From Psammoneis japonica (taxonomy: Eukaryota), in assembly GCA_008632985.1 (NCBI GenBank), contig QPGO01000075.1, positions 2,517 to 66,516 on the forward strand: a stretch of DNA of 64,000 nt, written 5' to 3'. This document shows, piece after piece, positions 60,710 to 64,000 of the stretch. The notes beneath the pieces were generated by a model that made no database searches, had not been told where the DNA came from, and was given only the letters and a program-made list of their open reading frames with translations. The position numbers and the translations under genes are program-made. Position 1 is the first letter of the stretch, and each line of letters starts with the position of its first letter.

Positions 60710-62026
60710 GTTGTCACTCTGTTTCTGGCAGAGAGTCGCCAAGTGAGATGAGTCAGAAAGACCAACCTGAGCTGTTGTGAATGTCAGCCAAGAATCCCAA
60801 GAGCTGTGGATGGCTGCTGAGATGTGAGAAGGTGTTCTCTGTGTGAAGCACATGTCTTCAAGAGAACCTCTGGCACAACATGGAATTTAAAGTGCATGCA
60901 CAAACTCTGAATTGCACCAACATGTCTTGAAAAGCTCAAGGGCACAAGCCACCTCCTGCAGTGCCATGAGGAACAGGTTGTTTGACATGATTTTTTGTTC
61001 TTGGAGGAGGGCATTTGCTGATTCTGCCAACACATTTGCAACAATGGAGATGGCAGCAAAAGACACACTTGGACATTGTAGAGGAGTGCTCCCAAAGCAA
61101 GAAACAGCACAGGGGACCCTGCATGAGATCCAAAAGCCACCTGCCACTGGCTTAAAAAAAAAACAGTGGATGCACAACATCACAAAAGGACCACAAGATC
61201 AAGCAACAAGCCCTGTGAAAGTGATGCCAGCTCAGGCAGGCATGCTCCCCCCCACCTCATTCATGACAACATCTTGCTGCCAGCAGGAGGAGGGAACTGC
61301 ACACCCATCTTTGATGGCAGCGCTGGACAGAAGCTGTCCAAGCAATGGCTTTGTCCATGTCAGCTGCACACCTCCTGCCTGGAATGCACATGCTGCAAAG
61401 TTCCAAGGCTGATTTGGTGATTTCCTTTGTTGCACAGCATTTCAGAGAGATGCAAAGCTTTTGTGCTGTGTCAGCCATGACTTGGGGTGGTGCAAAACCT
61501 CCCTCTCCATGAGCCAAGAAGAGAAGAAATCTGCCCCACTGAAAGATGCCCCAACAACAACACAAACAGCAAAGTCTGTTGCTTCCATGCTTGATTTGCT
61601 GCAGAGCTGCAGAGCTGCAAAAAAGTCAATCTCTTGTTGGAGAGAGCAACTTTTGGTTTTCTCATTGCAGCCAGCAAGTCCAAAACCCACACAACATTGG
61701 AGATTGCACTGCATTGCTGCAGACACATCCCAGCAGTCAGCACCTTTTGACAAGGGCAAGAGCAGCATGATCTTGTTTTGAAACAAGTTCAATGAGCACA
61801 GAATGAGCTGATCCATCATGATTGTCTGCCGCAATGCGGTGCACTGTGGTCAGGGAAAAAGATTGCTGAGGATCATGGCAACAAGACATTCTTGCACAAA
61901 CAATTGAGGTGTGGCCTTGTCTCCACAGCTTGCCCAAGCACAACAGCCCAAAGTCAGAAGTGCAGCAAGCCCCCCTTGACCTGATGTGTTGTCAACAAAG
62001 AAAGAGCATTGTTGAGCTGGGAGGGA

Positions 62027-63010
62027 TGTCAAGGCTCCTGCCACAACAGCCACAACCAAGTGTGGAATGCATCTTAATGCCTGCTTTTAAAGAAGCTTGC
62101 AGGTCCAGGGTGTGCACAATTCAGAGGAGCAGCACACATTGTGAAAGCTGTGCTTGCCTCTCTAAATTCTGTCAGAAGCTGGACATTGTGGGGTGGCAGG
62201 TCAGCACATGCACAGACAACTCTTCTTCACTGCACACTCTTGCAACTCTGCTGGCAGCAGCATGGCATTCAAAGGGATGAGGTCAAGATGAGAATTTTGG
62301 CAACTGACATCTCTGGGACTGGCCCATTGTGAACAAGCCATTGCCAGCTGGAAATGTCACAGGGCCCACCAGCACCCTGTTGGCAAGGAGCAAAAAAGGA
62401 GCATGAGATGTTTTTCAAAGCAACTGCTGCATGTCTTTTGCAGAGCAGTGCTGTTTCAACAAGTTGCTTTTAGAGCAAAGAGCATTGCTGACCACCCTCT
62501 GGCTCAGAATTCTTGCTTGTTGTGCATGAGAGCTGTCAAGGCTGCCACAGCAGTCACAACCAAGTGTGGAGTGCATTTTGATGCCAGCTTTTAAAGCAGC
62601 AGTTTGCAAGCCCAGGATGCACACAATTCAGAATGGCGCACTTTGTGAGAGCTGTGCTTGCCTTTCTGGGTTCTGCCAGAAAAGTCAGGCATGGGTCAGT
62701 GGGGTGTCAACACATGTGCACACTTGTCTTGCAGCTCCACTGATGACATTCAAAGGGATGATGTCAAGATGAGAATTTTGGCAAATGACATTTCTGAGAC
62801 TGGCGGCCCTTTGTGGATGAGCCATTGCCAGCTGGAAATGTCACATGGCCCACCGCAGCACCCTGTTTGCAAAGAGCAAGAAAGGGTCATGAGATGTTTT
62901 TTCAAGGCAACCACTGAACATCTTTTGTGGAGCAACGTTGTTGTTCAACAAGTTGTTCTCAGAACAAAGAGTGTTGCTGACCACCCTCTGGCTCAGAATT
63001 TTTTTCATTT
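62027..63010. repeat. ~500-bp diverged tandem duplication
   Basis: CACAACCAAGTGTGGA at 62051 and 62555; GTCAAGATGAGAATTTTGGCAA and GCTGACCACCCTCTGGCTCAGAATT each present twice. Confidence 0.88.
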
Positions 63011-64000
63011 GTGTGTGTGTGTGTGTGCATGGGCAAGTGCCAGATGGGCAAGTGCTGCTCACATCATCTGGGGGTGTCTCTCTTTTTGTGGGACCTTCTT
63101 GTTCACCAGGTTGTCTGCGCAAGAGTGGCAACGACAATCAACTCAGTGCAAAAAACCACCCTTCATGTGAACACCACACACAGCAGCACTGCCACACTCA
63201 ACAACCAACAACTTGCTCACATTGTTGCACATCTCTTGTTCCTCACTCCATGCTGGTCAGCGCCACCACAGGAAGAGCTGCTGGTGTTTGGACACAGTGT
63301 TGTCTCACTCTGAATTCAACAACTGCAATTTTTTTTGCAAGTGCAGCAGCAGATTTTGGAGTGCAGGTGTTTAGAAGATTGAAGTGCATCAACTGTTTGA
63401 TGTCTTTTCACATCCAATGCACATCATGTCCCACAGCTTGTTCATTGCTGCAATGTGAGTGTGCAAAAAAGTGCACCAGTGGCTTTTTTCTCTCTCAGCT
63501 GCACAAAAAATGTGCACACTCTTGTCAACTGGATGCTGGCAACACATGATTTTGTTTGTGGCATTGCTGGGGTTGCTCTTGGTGCTGCAATCACTGAAAC
63601 TTGTGCTGCTCTGGCCCCACAGTTTCAAGCTGGTGTGTGGGGATCTCTGGGGCAACAAAAGCTCTGCCAAGCAACAACAGCACATGGAGAAAGACATGCA
63701 AAGTGCAGGGGCTGGCCTGCTGCAACAGATTGGCTTGATTGGCAGCACCCACAAGTGAGCCAAAACAGCCAGAAAAGCATGGCACAGCAGCATTGCACAA
63801 CTCAAGAAGGATTTGATGATGGACATGGTGGCAGGAAAAGTGTGCACGATGTTTGCCCCACTTCCTTTTAGCTTGTTGTTTCTTGCACATTGTCACGCGA
63901 TCTCTTTTTTTGTTGCAGCATGTTTTCTTCACAAGTGTTGAAGAAACTGGGACACAAGCAAGGCTGTCAATTGGGCTGTTGGAAGGGATGCATGCACGTG

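Larger units (their letters stand above)
57580..64000. repeat. Highly decayed domain depleted of both TpA and CpG, saturated with TG/CA
   Basis: Very few TA or CG dinucleotides; contains tandem duplications and a decayed gene copy. Confidence 0.75.

Noticed and set aside
1..64000. Classical RIP or plain 5mC deamination as the cause of the TG/CA excess
   Set aside because: RIP creates TA, and CpG decay cannot turn Tyr codons into Cys/His. CpG decay explains only the CG differences.
1..64000. tRNA, rRNA or other structured RNA genes
   Set aside because: None recognised by eye; tRNAscan-SE/Infernal would be needed.

Overview
Eukaryotic genomic DNA with short GT-AG introns, most likely from a diatom or related stramenopile (inferred from gene content). 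It alternates between two compartments. Host-gene islands of normal composition hold a DEG/ENaC channel, CPSF2/CPSF100, a SAM/sterol-type methyltransferase, a nitroreductase, a dCache/HAMP/TPR membrane protein, a giant DUF3638/DUF3645 protein and an alpha/beta-hydrolase lipase. Repeat/transposon domains (about 1-8.5, 14.15-18.3, 21.4-28.5, 46.9-55.5 and 57.6-64 kb) hold a CACTG-ended cargo element, a Ginger-like DNA transposon with a nested foldback MITE, a full-length Ty3/gypsy LTR element, a telobox-Myb ORF and decayed duplications. The main finding is that the repeat domains have lost almost all TpA dinucleotides through directional TA->TG/CA (A:T->G:C) mutation. Conserved Tyr codons read Cys or His. 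Paired LTRs, TIRs, target-site duplications and a duplicated host-gene fragment differ mainly by this change, while neighbouring host genes are untouched. It looks like a repeat-targeted hypermutation system running opposite to fungal RIP. I do not recognise it as a described system, but I cannot check the literature. All counts were made by eye.
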